64,000 nt of DNA. It comes from Scyliorhinus canicula. Taxonomy: Eukaryota. The stretch spans positions 58,292,325-58,356,324 of the forward strand of contig NC_052157.1 in assembly GCF_902713615.1 (NCBI RefSeq), in the 5' to 3' direction. Numbering within the stretch: the stretch's first letter is position 1; each line of letters begins with the position of its first letter. A model generated the notes under the pieces. It was not told the origin of the DNA, made no database searches, and worked only from the letters and a program-made list of their open reading frames with translations. Below, in pieces: positions 60,830 through 64,000 of this stretch. The position numbers were made by a program, and so were the translations under genes.

Positions 60830-63800
60830 CACTGAAAGGCTCAGAGTAATTTTGATAGGTGGATAAGGGCTTTGAAAATAGGCCAAATGTATGAAGCTCT
60901 CAGAGAAATTATACTTTTGGAGGAGTTTAAAAATTCAATTCCTGATGTAGTGAGAATTCACGTGGAAGAGCAGAGGGTTAAAACTGCGAGATTAGCAGCA
61001 GAAATGGCAGATGATTATGAATTAGTTCATAAATCAAACATTGGTTTCTGACATCAGTTTCAGCCGGTGAGGGATAGCAACTGGGGACATGAGAAATACT
61101 CAAGTGGTAAAGGTAAAGGTGATCTGATGGGAGACAATAAAGAGAGTGTACCTCAGATTAAAAAAAAGAAATCCAGAAGGGTGGAAAAGAGGTGAAAAGT
61201 TTCAAATGTTTTCACTGTAATAAACTAAGCCATGTAAAGTCACAGTGTTGGTGGTTGAAGAAAAGCACTGGGAAGCCTGATGTGGTAAAATAGGATAAGA
61301 CAGTGGGATTTGTTAGAGTGGTAAAGGAAAGCCTAAGTGAAGCGAAGGAGGTGCAAACGATTGTACAGCCTGTTCAAGAAGTAATTGTAAAGAAAGTGCC
61401 AGATGTCTTTAAAGAATTTACTTGTGTGGGTAAAGTTTACTCATGTGTATCAGGCGGAGCAGGTAAAGAAGTCACAATTTTAAGAGATACAGGGGCTGGC
61501 CAATATTTAATGGTAAGAGATGAGGAATTACGTAGTTTGGGAAGAATGTTGCCAGAAAAGGTGGTGATATTCAGGGTGAGAGGAGTAGCGTTCCATTATT
61601 TAAGGTAAGGTTGGAAAGTCCAGTGAAGAGTGGTGAAGTGGTAGTAGGAGTAATAAACTATCTTGTCCAGGAATACAGTTTATCTTGGTTAATGATATAG
61701 CTGGATCACAGGTGGGAGTGATGCCTACTGTGGTTGATAAGCCAGTGGAAAATCAGACAACTGAAGGACTGAAGAACGAATATCCTGGGATTTTTCCGGA
61801 TTGTGTAGTAACCCGGTTGCAAATAGATATGGACTACCCACAGAAATTCAATCAGATCAAGGATCGAATTTTACTTCAAAGTTATTCATAGAAGTTATGG
61901 AGAGCTTAGGAATAAAACAATTTAAATCAACTGCATACCATCCAGAATCGCAGGGAAAGTTAGAAAGGTGGCATCAGACATTAAAAACAATGTTGAGGGT
62001 GTATTGTCAAGATTATCCAGAGGTTTGGGATATAGGAATTCCATTCATATTGTTTGGAATTAGGGATGCACCTAATGAGTCTACCAAATTTAGTCCTTTT
62101 GAACTAATTTTTGTTCATGAGGTAAGAGGACCACTTAAATTGATTAAGGACAAATTGGTGGGTGAGAAATCGGAAATTACACTATTGGATTGTATGTCAA
62201 ATTTTAGGGAATGATTAAATAGAGCAGGTGAATTGGCTAGACAACATTTGAAAGTTGTACAAAACGTGATGAAACGGGTAGAGGACAAGAAATCCAAAGT
62301 TCGTGGTTTTGTCAGTGGGGATAAAGTTTTAATGTTGTTACCAGTGGTAGGTGAGCCTTTAAAAGCTAGGTTTTGTGGACCGTATCAGATTGAAAGGAAA
62401 TTAAGTGAGGTGAATTATGTGGTAAAAACACCAGATAGAAGGAAGACTCACCGAGTGTGTCATGTGAATATGCTTAAAAGGTACTTTGAAAGGGAAGGGG
62501 AGAAAAAGGAGGTTTTGATGATTCTAACTCAAAATGATGAACCAAATCTAGATGACGGTGAATTTGACAAACCTCAAATTAAATTGGAAATGTGGATGTT
62601 CTTAAAAAATGGGATGAATTGTTAAGTTAACTTCTAGAGGAAAAACAAACTGACTTGAAAGAGTTATTGATATCACATGGGCAAGTTTGTAGAGATAAAT
62701 TGGGAAGTACTAAAATGGCTATACATGATGTAGATGTGGGAAATGCTGTTCCGATCAAACAACATCCATATAGACTTAATCCTTTAAAATTGGCACAGGT
62801 TAACAGAGAGATTGAGAGTATGCTGAAAAATGGCATAATTGAAGTGGGTTGCAGCCAATGGAGCTCATAGTGATGGTACCTAAACCAGACGGTACCCAAC
62901 GGTTGTGTGTGGACTATCGAAAGGTGAATGCAGTTACAAGAACGGACTCTTACCCAATCCCACGTTTGAAGGATTGCATTGAGAAAGTGGGACAATCTGC
63001 TTTTATTTCCAATTTCCAGACCTGGAAAGGACATTTAAAACACCATATGAAGTTCTTCAAACAATTTCAGGAGGCGGGTTTGGTGATGAACCTAGCCGAA
63101 AGTGAATTTGGAGAAGCCCGAATCACTTTCCTTGAGTAGTTTCCGATACCCTCAAGATGAAGGGAAATAATGCGATTTCTTAGCATGAGTGGATTTGATC
63201 GAATCTTTGTGCAAAGGTTTTGTGGCGTGATTACTCCACTGATGAACTTGCTGAAGGAATGTCAAAAATTTCAATGGACAGCGGACTTTCAACAGGCATG
63301 TGACTGCCTGAAAGCTGTGATAACCGATGCTCCTGTATTGGAGAATTGCAAGGGACTCTGTGATCAGATTGAACTGAAGTATCTAACTTTAAAGAGAATT
63401 GCTGAGGCGTAGAGGAATGGATGGATCATGCATTGACTTTCTTGATCAAAGAGGCTGTCAATCGAGAAGGATTTTGGATGGAGGAAGAAGAACCGGAAAG
63501 ATGGACTTTATTATTATGCCTGTTTGTGTGTGTTGGGTTTTTTTGTGAAACAATAAAGTATATTTACTGTCTACATTTCTTACTGGATGGTGCAAAACTG
63601 AAAAATGAAACCATCTTGAAGTTGATGGTTTATTTATTTTTTCTTGGGGGGAGGTGTCCTGTGAGAGTGCCTTTAAGAAATGGATGTTTAAGCAATGTAC
63701 CTTTAAGAAATAGAGCACCTCATATTACTAAAGTGATGTCAAAGGGGGAGGGGGCAGCTGAGCTGAGCTCACTTCTGGTTTTGGTTTCAGTTTTGAAGAA

Positions 63801-64000
63801 AAGAGCTTGGGTGTGTCTGGGTTTGCAGTGAGACGGATGCGCTGTGATCTCTGCCATGAAAGACTATCTCTGAATCATTTGGGCGATTTAAACTCATAAT
63901 AGTAATGTCTTTAACCTGATGTGTTTCTGTTTAAAGGTGTTAAGTCTCTTGGATGTCTAAAGGAACATTTTGAGGGATTATTTAGTGTTGTATTATTTTC
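60830..64000 (+). mobile_element. Gmr1-like Gypsy relic: gag, protease, integrase, RT fragment, then 3' LTR from ~63655 to the window edge
   Basis: LREIILLEEFKNSIP and CFHCNKLSHVKSQC (gag); LRDTGA (PR); IQSDQGSNF, AYHPESQGKLERWH, FCGPY (IN); PIKQHPYRLN, RLCVDYRKVN (RT); PPT GGGGGGAGG then TGT. Confidence 0.85.

Larger units (their letters stand above)
48270..60830 (+). mobile_element. Fragmented Gypsy relic: LTR+gag start (48270-48900), gag zinc-knuckle region (51165-52020), integrase (59665-60830)
   Basis: NWQNLKQQFELYILVSDL (gag); PWQKVG..FYLDGKEYLVVV.YYSNYPE and TSSPLYSQSNSKGEKGVQIVKQLLKK (integrase); QKEYYDK...KPGD.V tail. That the three pieces belong to one element is inferred. Confidence 0.65.

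Overview
Eukaryotic, repeat-dense vertebrate DNA, most likely from a shark or other elasmobranch. This is inferred from V-SINE-like SINEs, abundant CR1 LINEs and a 33-bp minisatellite, and is not database-confirmed. The host-gene content is on the minus strand. It includes the 5' half of a Siglec/CD33/MAG-like Ig receptor gene: leader exon 9863-9902, V-set exon 4550-4915 with the sialic-acid-binding Arg, and C2-set exon 2495-2788, continuing off the left edge. It also includes an isolated phase-1 transmembrane/stop exon at 31812-31930 with an Arg inside the TM segment and an ITIM-less 5-residue tail (activating-receptor signature). A ~2.1 kb block with a putative ETS-site promoter and non-coding first exon occurs twice (11.36-13.5 kb and 55.6-57.7 kb). 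I found no leader or Ig exons between the upstream copy and the TM exon. The rest is transposon-derived: CR1 LINEs, a Rex1/Babar-like LINE, SINEs, PIF/Harbinger-like MITEs and relics, solo LTRs, a two-LTR Gypsy element whose primer-binding position is complementary to its own LTR polyA signal instead of a tRNA, a chopped Gypsy relic, a Gmr1-like (integrase-before-RT) Gypsy, and several tandem-repeat arrays. All alignments and boundaries were determined by eye.
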